Shown: positions 30,167 to 44,029 of the stretch, in pieces
Position numbering within the stretch: the stretch's first letter is position 1
Layout of the letters: each line of letters starts with the position of its first letter
Source: Octopus vulgaris
Lineage: Eukaryota
Length of the DNA: 64,000 nucleotides
NCBI GenBank assembly: GCA_951406725.2
Contig: OX597830.1
Coordinates: forward strand, 43,276,001-43,340,000
Direction: 5' to 3'
Notes under the pieces: model-generated
Told to the model about the DNA's origin: nothing
Seen by the model: only the letters and a program-made list of their open reading frames with translations
The model's database searches: none
Made by a program: the position numbers and the translations under genes

Positions 30167-30766
30167 TGGTAATGGGTGATGACCCATGTTTGAGAATATT
30201 CCTCATCCAAATTTAGTAATACACTGCCCCTACTTCTACTAAGTGACTCCTGAACCACTCACTTGATTCCACCTCTTTGTAACTTGTCATCCCTGTTCTC
30301 TATTCTACTTCAACATATCCATCTATCCCCACCTTCCCCACACAATAGCCATTCCTCAAGTGCTCTTTTTGCTATATCAAAAAATGACTCTGACGAAAGT
30401 AGCATTAATTTTCTTAGGTTGTTCAATTTGCCTCAGTTGCTCAATAAACCAATTGAGGAAACTTATCAGTAATGTACCTATAATGACTACTGGAAACAAC
30501 TGTAAGCCAGATTTGCTTAAATAAAGGAATTATATGTAATGACCATTATTTTAAACTTGTTTCTTATATATATATATATTTGTGTATGGCACAGGGTTCG
30601 TCTTTGGAAGAATTCTAAATTTGATCTTAAGGTCGTCTAGGCAAAGGTGGTCGTGTATTATCCACCTCGTACGATTGGCGTAGCGCTCACGGCAGCATTG
30701 GTGAGAATAAAATTTCAATTATATATATATATATCATGTATAGTTCACATATATACGTACATATAG

Positions 30767-30811
<45 letters not shown>

Positions 30812-31284
30812 AAATTCGTTTTAACGGTGAAACTCGAAGTAAATAAAGCTACAACTAATACCATATAAATATTGATTTAAAAATCCTTTGGCTAGAAAAA
30901 AGTCGAACACTGTCCGTGTGATTGGTGCACGTGTTAATTTGATCAAGTCATAGCAGAGTAATTTACATCTTTTTGATTGAATATTGAAATTCTTTGATTA
31001 CTCATGTTAAAACAGATTCATGTCTTGATAACGATTATCGTGTTATTTTCCGCATTATTCCATAAGATAACCAACTGTGTACACCTAATTGACTTGATAA
31101 CCTTCAATTACTCATGCTTAACCAGGGTCATTCGCTCCGACAACAATATTCACATACTCTGAAGCAGCCAAACACAACTGATAACACGTGCTTTAAGAAA
31201 TACCGAGAGAATCACAGGTTTATTTCGTCGATATTTATCGCTCTTGTTTCAAAACAATCTATTTTTAAAACGTTATCGATAACG

Positions 31285-31359
<75 letters not shown>

Positions 31360-31449
31360 TGAAGAATTTTTATTACGCAATTAAAAATAATACGTTAATA
31401 ATATACCGAATTTGAACTATACACATGTGCGTGCGCATAATGTTTGTGG

Positions 31450-31540
<91 letters not shown>

Positions 31541-32737
31541 GTTGTATGTATGTATGCATGCATGTATGTATGTATGTATGTATGTATGTATGTATGTATG
31601 TATGTATGTATGTATGTATGTATGTATGTATGTACGTATGCATGTATGTATGTATGTATGTGTGTGTATATTTATATCTTTTTCTTGTGTAACTTATTAG
31701 ACTCAGGCCATGCTAGAGCACCAAGAATTTTTAATCGAACGAATCGACTCCAGAACATATTTTTCTTAAGCCTGGTATTTATTTTCTTTTGCCAAACCGC
31801 TAAGCTACGGGGACAGAAACAAACCAGCACCGGCTGTCAAGTGGTGGTGGGCAGCAAACACAGACACACACTCACACACATATGTTTCAGTTTCCACCTA
31901 CCAAATCCACTCACAAGGCTTTGGTCGGCCCGAGGCTATAGCAGAAGACACTTGACCAAGGTACCACACTGAACCCGGATCCATGTGCTTAGGAAGCAAG
32001 CTTCTTACCACGCAATCATTCCTGTGTCGATTTTTTAAAGAAATATGTTTCTAATAATAATAATAACAATAGTCCATGGGTGGAATTTATAAACATTTAC
32101 TGAATCGCTACGCGCGTTTCCACAATTCTCATTTGTGGAAACGCGTGTAGCGATGCATTAAACGTTTATTAATTGCATCTAAGGATTATTGCTATTCTTA
32201 CTATATTTCTCCTACATTATATCGGTACAGCTCGATGCAACCCCATAAAACTGGTTCACCAGTCAGCATCATTAGACTGTGGCCGGCCATAATGGAATAG
32301 GATCTTCATTGGCATATTCAAAACGTTTCCCATAAATTTGAAAGATATATATATTTATATATACGTACACACACGCACGCACACACAAACACACCTACAT
32401 ACATACATACATACATACATGCAAACATACACATGCATACATATTTGTAGATGATTCCGTTTAATTGTACAATATTTTAAAATCGATTTTGCGTAAAAAT
32501 TTGACGAAATGTTCCATGGAAATAAAACATTAATTTGATATGATGGAAGTGATTCTGGACGTTTCCGCTTTCATGATGTGTTTCAAAGACAGGAATCAGT
32601 TCTTCGTGTTTACAGACAATTGACACAACAAGAATCACAGGTGCTCCAACTACTCTTACCATTTCAAGGATTTAAAGACCACCGAAGTTCAAATCCGGTG
32701 TATTTTTAACTTATTTTTAATTGCGTAATAAAATTCT

Positions 32738-33180
<443 letters not shown>

Positions 33181-33572
33181 CATTATCGATAACATTTTAA
33201 AAATAGATTGTTTTGAATGAAAAGCACTAGATATTGACTCGATTTGTTTGTGATCGGCGCAATTAAATATTTCTTAACCTGTATAGCACTAGTTGTTATC
33301 TTTTGACTAATCATAACGTGGTATTTATTATTATTTTTTGTTAATATGTGTGACGGATTAAGGTAGAGTAATTGAAGGTTATCAAGCAAATAAAGTGCGC
33401 GAAGTTTTTATGAAATAATGAAGAAAATGACATGAATCAGTTTTAGAATGAGTAGTTAATAAATTTTCAAAACAAAAATATCAAAAATGTTAAGTGAAAC
33501 GATTGAAATGCCGATATATACAAATAAATCATTAGCTAAGTAAAACATTAGTAAATTATGATATTGCCATGT

Positions 33573-33890
33573 AGTGAAGGTGTATGGCTCAATGGTTAGA
33601 GCGTCAGGCTCACAATCACGTGACAATGGGTTCTATTCCCGGACCGGGCTGTGTGCTGACTTCTTGAGCAAGACACTTTATTTCACGTTGCTCCAGTTCA
33701 CTCAGCTGTAGAAATGAGTTGCGATGTCACTGGTGCCAAGCTGTATTAGCCTTTGCCTTTCTCTAGGATAACATCGGTAGGAGGTTGGTGCATATGGGCG
33801 ACTGCTGGTCTTCCCTAAACAACCTTGCTCGGACTTGCACCTCGGAGGAGAGCTTCCTGGGTGCAATCCCATGGTCATTCATGGTCATTC
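33573..33890 (+). mobile_element. SINE-M (tRNA head plus Meta/MESC-like central domain)
   Basis: A-box TGGCTCAATGG, B-box GGTTCTATTCC, core CTTGAGCAAGACACTT..GCTCCAGTTCACTCAGCTGTA. Partial copies at 43595-43730(-) and 8660-8780(-). Confidence 0.75.
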
Positions 33891-34149
33891 GGAAGTTTTA
33901 AAATATATAATCCATACGGGAAGAGTGTTTATGGCATTCCATGATTACAATGGCTTATCTTACCAATTCTAAGATATGCTAGACTCTAAAAATGAGTTTT
34001 TTATTTTGACCTCGGTAAATCTTGACATACGATACACCGTGAATTGAACAAATAACGAACAAATAATCGTGTAATGTAATATAAAGACAGTCTTAAATGA
34101 AAACGATGATGGTGAAAGTGCTCGAAGTATAAGAGAAAAAGAATAACAG

Positions 34150-34900
34150 TCAAAACAAGTGTTGCTTTTTGGCAATTCGATCACCCATTCAACAGTGCCA
34201 GAATCTTAAACAAGTGAAAATTATAGGCGCAGGAGTGGATGTGTGGTAAGTAGCTTGCTAACCAACCACATGGTTCTGGGTTCAGTCCCACTGCGTGGCA
34301 TCTTGGCAAGTGTCTTCTGCTATAGCCCCGGGCCGACCAATGCCTTGTGAGTGGATTTGGTAGACGGAAACTGAAAGAAGCCTGTCGTATATATGTATAT
34401 ATATATATGTATGTGTGTGTGTCTGTGTTTGTTCCCCTAGCATTGCTTGACAACCGATGCTGGTGTGTTTACGTCCCCGTCACTTAGCGGTTCGGCAAAA
34501 AGAGACCGATAGAATAAGTACTGGGCTTACAAAAAGAATAAGTCCCGGGGTCGAGTTGCTCGACTAAAGGCGGTGCTCCAGCATGGCCGCAGTCAAATGA
34601 CTGAAACAAGTAAAAGAGTAAAAGAGAGAGAGAGTCATGTACGAAAGAGAGAAAAAGATAATAATTATTAGTGTTTGGGAAAAGAATCTGGATGGCACCT
34701 TCTCGGTAACCTATAAATCAGCACAGAAGAAACCACTGAAGGGTGAAAGATGACCCAAACTAAGAAGAAAAAAAACAAGTGTTGCTTCTTGGCAATTGGA
34801 TCACCCATTCAACAGTGCCAGAATCTTAAACAAGTGAAAATTATATTTCTTCCAACAAACACATCAGCAATTCAACCTCGTGATCATTTTAAAAGGTCTG
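34150..34900 (+). pseudogene. pogo/Tigger (DDE_1) transposase remnant
   Basis: VLLLGN..TH..VKIIFLPTNTSAIQPRD resembles LLLDN..H..FLPPNTT..QPLD. Confidence 0.6.
34224..34630 (+). mobile_element. SINE-B, full length, young
   Basis: Near-identical to 19163-19575. Confidence 0.92.
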
Positions 34901-35710
34901 AAATTACCGAAGAGAGGCGAGTCGGCCAGAAAGCTGACTTTTGACATTAATGGCTATCTAGCTTCAAGAAATAAAAGCAAATAAACTTGAAACTCCTTCC
35001 CCTTCTCCTCACCCCAAAAGAAAAACACAACATTACTGAATATTACTCATCTAATCTGAAAATCGTAGGTACGTTTTAAGATTTCCGCGGTCGTCAATAG
35101 TTTCGATAAGACTGGTTTTACAGCTGCCAATGTGTCCGTTGCTGAAGAAGAGGAAACTGTGGTGAACTCTTCTTCCTGGCACGATGACGGAAGAACAGTT
35201 TGAAGAATATCTAATCCAATCTGTTATCTGAAGTATTACAACATCCCAAGAGAAGAACAACCGGTTGTTTCATTCGAGAATACTGATGCAGTTTCAGGAG
35301 AAAGTACAGGCAACAATGAAACGAGTGAGAAGGTGTGAGGACATCTCTCTCGACAATGAACATTATACTCGCTCTGTTGGGAGTAAAACTATTCTTGGAA
35401 GAAAATAATTATGAAGCTTTTGACAAGTTTGTATCACTGAAATATTATGTGAATTAGAAACAGCGAGAACTCATAGACGGACAAAGATCATGGAACTTAT
35501 GAAATGGATGCCACTGTGACATTTAAAATTTCATTCTTGTGTAAACTTACGAATTTATCGCTTCATTTTTTATTAACGCATGATTTGTTGAATTTTGTGC
35601 AGAAAATAGAGAGAAATGGATTCATGAAGAAATGAAAGCCATATATACTACCATAAAAAAACTTCGGAAATATTTTAACAGTTTGTTGTTAGGACGAATT
35701 GTCATAAGTA

Positions 35711-35753
<43 letters not shown>

Positions 35754-36408
35754 TTCAAATTTTAGCACAAGGTCACCAATTTTAGGCAAGGGGTATGATC
35801 GTTTACATCGACCTCAGTGCTCAAGAAGTACTTATTTTATCGATCTTGAGAGATGAAAAGTAAAGACAACATCGGCGTGCGAAAGGTTCTGCCAGCTCGT
35901 GACCTTAATTAATGATAGTGGTAAGAAAAATTCAAGAAGCGAAGAAGTCAATCGTTGATAATATTCCAGTATATATTAAACAAATACATGTTATTATTTC
36001 CCGTTATTTCAAAGCAAAACGCACAGTAAGTAAAGGAAAAGTACGTTTTAGTGTTGTATTGTTATGTAACCCATTCTAGATAATATAGCCCAAATAGCTT
36101 ACAACTGACAGTACAGTGAAATCAGGTAAACAATAAATTCCCTACCTGTCCCTAACAAAAAAGAAAGCAAAAAAAAACCGATTTCGGTTAATTGCATGAA
36201 AAGTTGAATTATCAAAGATAGACTAGCAAATATATCAGGAAAAGGAGGGGGAAAACAAAGAAAAGAACCCAAATATTTCCGTGCGAAGAATTACTTTTGA
36301 TAACTCATAAAACTGGAAATGTATATATATATATATATATATATATACAAAGCTATGGCTATAATGTGCCTGATTCTTTGTGGATTTATTAGTTTAAAAA
36401 TATATTAC

Positions 36409-36692
36409 TACTGGCTGTTAGACTCGGAGTTAGTCGTGTTTTCCGTGTGAAAGTTAAGTCCACATCTGACCTTGTATTGAATAAACATTTCCTTAGAGAC
36501 TATTCTATCAATTTTGTTGAAATTTTACACGTAGAAAAAATGCAAAAACTACAGAGAAAATAACATCGTTATGGAAATTTCCATTCAAACGCCCGATTGA
36601 GCTCACAAAAATCCGGCCTTATTTCAGGGCGGAGTTAGAGTAACCCCAAACATACAGACAGACAGACACCATTACACATTTGTGTATGTAGA
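36409..36692 (-). mobile_element. Helitron-like non-autonomous element
   Basis: Same architecture as 28815-29536: TC start, (TGTC)n tract, decayed terminal hairpin and CCAG|T end. Confidence 0.4.
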
Positions 36693-36769
36693 TTATATAA
36701 AGAGGCTTTCTCTGAATCGCGGATATACATCAAACATATGCAAATGCATATTTTAAAAACTATATACAT

Positions 36770-36907
<138 letters not shown>

Positions 36908-37039
36908 TATTGGTTTCCAGAAGACCCAAAGGTGGCAGGTAATGCTATGTAAGTGCTATGGAAGGACCGTAGTTAAACTCCTGGTTCGATAATGCGGTCC
37001 TTCGGGTCTAATGCGGGTCTTGTATCAGCATGTATATGT

Positions 37040-37584
<545 letters not shown>

Positions 37585-37924
37585 ACGGTAAGAAGAAAAT
37601 GGAGGGAATACTAAAATAGTATACATCAACTGTTAGATATTATATTATGTCTATTTATTTCTTTTAAACAATTATGAGAATATATACACATATGTAAAAA
37701 CTGTGTATTACATACATAAGTACCAGTAATTCATAGACTAGAAAAAGAAAAAGCACAGTTTCTTACATCCGTTTCTGCCAAAAGGTCATAATACCCCACA
37801 TGTTATTTCCATCTCTTCAGTGTTCTGTAGTGATCGGTAGATAAAATTAGGGTATACATATATGTGTGTGCATACACATACACACGTACATATATACTTA
37901 CATATATTCGTACCTACGTACAAA

Positions 37925-38245
37925 TTTGCACAAAAACCTAAGACCTAAAAAAACTTGGTTTCACGGAAAAAGAGCAAAGGAAACTGAAGCGGATCCTTCA
38001 AATTCAATCTATTAGTGGCACAGTGAAGATTTGTAAGACATTCCAGAAATTCTCTATGCGAGATTCTTATATGAGTAGATGCACACATTTGTGTGTATGC
38101 ATCGACAATTCAACCAACACGCCAACTCAACCACATATACACAAACAGCGGGAACTCTTTTAACTTAAAAAGTCTTGTTGCTTTGTTAGCAACCGGCTTG
38201 GACCCTATCAAGAAAAACTTATATTAAACTCAAAGAAAAATTACA
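37925..38245 (+). mobile_element. REL-type LINE 3' fragment ending in (TACA)n
   Basis: DLKKLGFTEKEQRKLKRILQIQSISGTVKICKTFQKFS, then 3' UTR, then TACATGCCTGCATACATAC. Confidence 0.7.
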
Positions 38246-38270
38246 TGCCTGCATACATACATACATACAT

Positions 38271-38311
<41 letters not shown>

Positions 38312-38372
38312 TAAACATACAGACATACATACACACTCACATACACACACACACACACACATATATATATAT

Positions 38373-39012
38373 TTATTTATTGCCCACAAGGGGCTAAACA
38401 TAGAGGGGACAAACAAGGACAGACAAACGGATTAAATCAATTATATCGACCCCAGTGCGAAACTGGTACTTTATATATCGACCCCGAAAGGATGAAAGGC
38501 AAAGTCGACCTCGGTGGAATTTGAACTCAGAACGTAACAACAGACGAAATACCTATTTCTTTACTACCCACAAGGGGCTAAATACAGAGATGACAAACAA
38601 GGACAGACAAACGGATTAAGTCGATTACATCGACCCCAGTGCGTAACTGGTACTTATTTAATCGACCCCGAAAGGATGAAAAGCAAAGTCGACCTCGGCG
38701 GAATTTGAACACAGAACGTAACGACAGACGAAATACCTATTTCTATTTCTTTATTACCCACAAGGGGCTAAACACAGAGGGGACAAACAAGGACAGACAT
38801 AGGTATTAAGTCGATTACATCGATCCCAGTGCATAACTGGTACTTAATTTATCGACCCCGAAAGGATGAAAGGCAAAATTTGTCGACCTCGACAAATACC
38901 TATTTCTATTTCTTATTACCGCGGAATTTGAACTCAGAACGTAACGACAGACGAAATACCGCTAGCTAAGCATTTCGCCCGGCGCGCTAACGTGTCTGCC
39001 AGCTCGCCGCCT
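38373..39012 (-). mobile_element. SINE-A tandem array (one head, four units)
   Basis: Three AGAAATAG|GTATTT junctions. Confidence 0.88.
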
Positions 39013-39650
39013 TATATATACACATACATACACACATTCAGACACACACGTAGAGGCTAAATGAGAGAGGATATTTTCGAAACGACCTCATTTAATGATT
39101 GATTCTTTTCTTTTCTCTTGTTCGGTCGAGCACCGTACGACGACTGCCAGCTATTTTGTACTTTGTAAAGCAGGAGGTTGGTTAATATCATCAACCCCAA
39201 TACATGACAAGCACTTTCTTTTACTGCTCCCCTAAAGAATAAAAAGAAAAGTTGACTCTGGCGAAATTTGAACTCATAACGTAATGAGTTGGGAGAAATT
39301 TGGACTGAAGACATAATCAGTTGGAAGGTATTTTGTTCGACGCTCGAACATTTCTGCCAATTCAAGAAATGGTAGAAGTTGTATGTGCGTGTGTGCCTTA
39401 GAGAAGTATAGACTAGTGAAGAGGTTTCTTAAAATATTAGGTTTGTCTGTCGCTATGTTCTGAGTTCAAATTCCACCGAGGTCGACTTCGCCTTTCATCC
39501 TTTCGGGGTCGATAATTAAATACCAGTTGCGTACTGGGGTTGATCTAATCGACTGGCCTCCTCCCCCAAAATTTCGGGCCTTGTGCCTAGTGTAGAAAAG
39601 ATTATTCAGTTTTATTCCAAGATATCTTGCCAATAGAGAAAAGGCTGAGG

Positions 39651-40052
39651 CATGTATGTATGTATGTATGTATGTATGTATGTATGTATGTATGTATGTA
39701 TGTATGTATGTGTGTATGTATGTATGCATGTATGTATGTATGTATGTATGTATGTATGTATGTATGTATGTATGTATGTGTGTATGTATGTATGTATGTA
39801 TGTATGCATGCATGCATGCATGCATGTATGTATGTATGTATGTATGTATGTATGTATGTATGTATGTATGTATGCATGCATGCATGTATGTATGTATGTA
39901 TGTATGTATGTGTGTATGTATGTATGTATGTATTGTGTATGTATGTATGTATGTATGTATGTATGTATGTATGCATGTATGTGTGTATGTATTATGTATG
40001 TATGTATGTATGTATTATGTATGTATGTATGTATGTATGTATTATGTATGTA
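39651..40052. repeat. ~400-bp (TATG)n microsatellite
   Basis: Seen directly; source of the MYVC/HTYI ORFs. Confidence 0.98.
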
Positions 40053-40599
40053 TAAACACAAGAAATCTTACAGTCATGTTTGCTTTCATCAAAAACAAAA
40101 GGCACACACTGAAAAAGGCCATGTTTTCCTCTCTTATTTTCCTTCTTCTTCTTTATTTTTCTGTTCGCCATAAGAATTTTTCTTCCTATCCTAACACATT
40201 CACCTGCCGCCGTAAACGCCTGTTTTCTTTTTTTTTTTTTTTTTTTTTTTTTTTTCAGTCAGTTGGATCTATTTTGGGAAGTCTACAGCAGTTGAATTCA
40301 ATCAAAGATAATGTGATTGCCAAACGATATTTCATTCAATTCAATGCGAGGCTGCTTCCACTGGATTGTTTTGAAAGCAAAGCAGAGATTCATCAAAGAG
40401 ATATAATTGTAAAATATAAATTCTAATATTTCAGGAGCATTCATTGAAATTCAAATATTTTTGTCTTTATACTTGATTTATTTTTTGCGGTTTTTGTTTG
40501 TTTTGTTAGCGGTGTTAAGGTTTTGTTTGCTTCTTTCTTCTTTTTCATTTTTCATTTCAGAGATGACATATACATACAGTTCTATATTTAAGCGATGAG

Positions 40600-41367
40600 G
40601 AATTATTTACATTATTTATATTTGATGGATATTTGTCCTCATCTTGTTTATTGTTAACTCAAATTTCGGCTGATATACTCTCCATATATCAGGTGTCTTG
40701 GAGAAATTTCGAACCTGGGTTCTCATTCCTAAGGTATTTTTCGATGTTACTAATATTATTATTATTATTATTATACAGGTCACTGCTTGGAATCGAACTC
40801 AGAATCTGGGGTTAGTAGCCCGTGCTCTTAACTATTACGCCATATGGAGTGAATTTTCGGACTTATAAATCTAATATTTTCCTATCCTTCCTTATAAGCC
40901 CTAAAATTCACTCCATAATTGCCCACGGACATATGGCGTAGTAGTTAAGAGCACGGGCTACTAATCCCAAGATTCCGAGTTCGATTCCAAGAAGAGACCT
41001 TAATAATAATAATAATAATAACGAAAAATACCTTACGAATGAGAACCCAGGTTTGAAATTTCCCCATGATGGCTGGAGGGTATATCAGCCGAAACATTGT
41101 ATTACCCTCCAGCCTTCATCAGGTGTCTTGGAGAAATTTCGAACCTGGGTTCTCATTCCTAAGGTATTTTTCGATGTTACTATTATTATTATTATTATTA
41201 TTATTATACAGGTCACTGCCTGGAATCGAACTCGGAATCTTGGGGTTAGTAGCCCGTGCTCTTAACTACTACGCCATATGGAGTGAATTTTAGGGCTAAT
41301 TATCTACTATTTTCCTATCCTTCCTTATAAGCCCAAATATCCGTCAAATGTAAATAATGTAAATAAT
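40600..41367. mobile_element. tRNA-headed, hammerhead-containing element; three units in -/+/- arrangement
   Basis: Head at 40927-41000 with A-box TGGCGTAGTAG and B-box GAGTTCGATTCC, an (AAT)n linker, and hammerhead halves at 41071-41100(+), 41103-41127(-) and 40655-40697(-). Confidence 0.8.
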
Positions 41368-41600
41368 GGATATACACAGTCATATAATCGCATTGTTCAC
41401 GTACAAACATGCATGTAAACGCATATACATACACATGTACACAGGCACAGATACACACACACCCTCTCTCACACATATATGATTGTTTTTATATTTAGTT
41501 ATAATAAAAAGAATTTCACATTAAGCTATACTCTTGTAGAGTACAATTTTATTAAAGAAAGATATAATTGATTGTAACTTTGAAGTTACAGCTAGTTTTA

Positions 41601-41631
<31 letters not shown>

Positions 41632-41802
41632 TGTATGTATGTATGTATGTATGTATGTTTGTATGTATATGTGTATGTATGTATGTACGTATGTATGTAT
41701 GTATGTACGTACGTATGTATGTATGTATGCATGTATGTATGTATGTGTGTATGTATGTATGTGTGTGTGTGGGCGTGGGCGTGTGTGTGTCTGTATGTAC
41801 GT

Positions 41803-42216
41803 ATTCTTTTATTTGTTTCAGCCATTTGACTGCGGCCTTGCTGGAGCACCGCCTTTCAACTCCAGGACATATTCTTTGTAAGCCTATCTGTCTCTTTTGT
41901 CGAGACCGCTAAGTTACGGAGTTACGGGGTGCATAGACACACCAGCATTGGCTGTCAAGCAATGGTGGGGGGACAAACAGGGACACACAAATACATATGT
42001 GTGTGTGTGTGCGTGCGTGCGTGTGTGTGTATATGTGTGTGTGTGTGTATACGGCGGGCTTCTTTCAGTTTCCGTCTACCAAATCTACTCACAAGGCTTT
42101 GGTCGGCTCGAGGCTATAGTAGAAGACAGTCATCCAAGTTGCCACGCAGTGGGACTGAACCCGGGACCATGTGGTTGGGAAGGAAGCTTCTTACCACACA
42201 GTCACTCCCGCACCTA
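41803..42216 (-). mobile_element. SINE-B
   Basis: Reverse-complement copy. Further copies at ~20590-20910, 26760-27030, 31680-32027, 51357-51695 and 58742-58950. Confidence 0.85.
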
Positions 42217-42308
42217 TGTATGAATGTATATCTGTGTGTGTGTGTGTGTGTGTATGTGCATATATGTGTGTAAGTAAGTATGTGTGTGTAAGTAAGTGTG
42301 TGTGTGTG

Positions 42309-42357
<49 letters not shown>

Positions 42358-42490
42358 GTATGAAAGTATGTATGGATGTATGCATGTACGCACAGGCATA
42401 TTATATGTGTTTGTGTAGTCTAGACCGGTGGTAGCGTAAAAGATGAAGAAGCCCTAAAGAAAACAAATCAAAATTTGCCTTTACTTAGAT

Positions 42491-43004
42491 CAGTGTTTCC
42501 CAACCTATTTCCCGCCTCCCAGGCCCACACAATAGCTTTCCATAAAAATGCATGCCCCACTGGTAGCTGGAAAAAAGGATTTTATTTTTAATATTCTATG
42601 ACAGTTATTTAAAACAAAAGAATCTACCAGTAACCCTTAAGTACTGAGCACCAAAAGAAAGTACATTATTGACTAAGAAAAAAAAGGGAATCTCTTTAAT
42701 GAGAACTTAATACCTGGCGACTCTGGAAAATTTCCTTGATTTGAGGAGGCAATTTCGTTAGCTTCAGCTGTAGAATTAGAACAGCACTATACTGTAGTAA
42801 ACAGTCTTCCCATGGTATGCTTGGCTGGAGGGATTGGTTTGGCTAGGCTGAGTTTAAGTGTAGTATGTTTGCTATGAAAAATGCTTTTCACAATTCCATG
42901 TCCCACTTAAGAAAAAATAAAAAACAAATTTTGGATCACATGTCCCACTTCAAATTTTCCAAGGCCCACCAGTGGGGCATGTGCTCCAACGTTGGGAATC
43001 ACTG
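42491..43004. mobile_element. hAT-like MITE
   Basis: TIR CAGTGTTTCCCAAC/GTTGGGAATCACTG; 8-bp TSD ACTTAGAT/ACTTATAT. Confidence 0.85.
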
Positions 43005-43255
43005 ACTTATATAAAAAAACGAAAAGCTAGAAGCAATTATTACAGAAGAAAGAGAGATAAATTCAATAGATTTCACTTTATAAATAATATTGATATTAAA
43101 GGGAAACATTCAAGGTGGAAAACAATGAGTTTAAAATGAATAGTGGTCTATCCTATAGTGTTACACTGCTAAACTTAGCGGGGGTGGGGTTAAAAATGAA
43201 TAGTGGTCTTTCCTATAGTGTTACACTGCTAAACTTAGCGGGGGTGGGGTTAAAC

Positions 43256-43309
43256 AATGTAGTACTGATGAAAGAGTAATAACTCTTGAAATATGCATAT
43301 ACGCACATT
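43256..43309 (+). ncRNA. Minimal type-I hammerhead ribozyme
   Basis: AATGTAGTA-CTGATGA-AAGAGT(AATA)ACTCTT-GAAA-T-ATGC-ATA-TACGCACATT; perfect 6-bp stem II. Confidence 0.75.
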
Positions 43310-43967
43310 ACCTGTATTTTCTATCTTAAATCGCATTCTTCGCGTAGACGTATTCGCTTATGAAACGTGGTAACTTGCGGTGCTGGCTCGGAATTATATA
43401 GGAAATCTTTAGAGATTAACTTTAAAGTATGTGTATAACAAGAACTTTTGGATGGAAATTCCCAAATCCTTTAATGCATTGCTACGTACGTTTCCACAAA
43501 CTCTATGCTTTAGTTGTTGTATTCCCCATCCATAAGATATCAGAAATATGATTTGCAAAAATTGGGTCGTCCTCTGTCGCAGGGTTAGCCATTTACAGCT
43601 CAGTGAACTGGAACAACGTGAAATGAAGTGTTTTGCTCAAGAATACAAGGCTCTGCTTGGTCCGGGGATCGAACACACGATCTAGCGATCCTGAGTGCAA
43701 CACACTAACCACTACGTCATGCACCTTCACATTTTTCAACCATTCTACCAAATAAATATAGAGTTAAGTCTTGGATGCTCGATTGATATTTTTATATACT
43801 ATTATTTTTTGTTATATATATTTTGTCATAAGATTGATCCCATCGTTTTTACACTTTCGCCTAGAGAAGTTTTAAAATAGTAAAAAGATCTTTTTGCTGG
43901 ATTAACTATATTTTATTAAATTTTAAGCAATTACTGGCGTGCATGGTATTCCATGCTTTAATTATGC

Positions 43968-44026
<59 letters not shown>

Positions 44027-44029
44027 TGA

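Noticed and set aside
38373-39012. CRISPR-like regular repeats
   Set aside because: Units are SINE bodies with no unique spacers; eukaryotic context and no cas genes.
39627-40426. 256-aa ORF and an apparent splice acceptor at ~40257
   Set aside because: Mostly (TATG)n; the unique tail has no recognisable protein similarity and no donor.
40927-41000. tRNA gene
   Set aside because: Acceptor and T stems pair poorly, and it is embedded in a repeated unit; treated as a SINE-like head.
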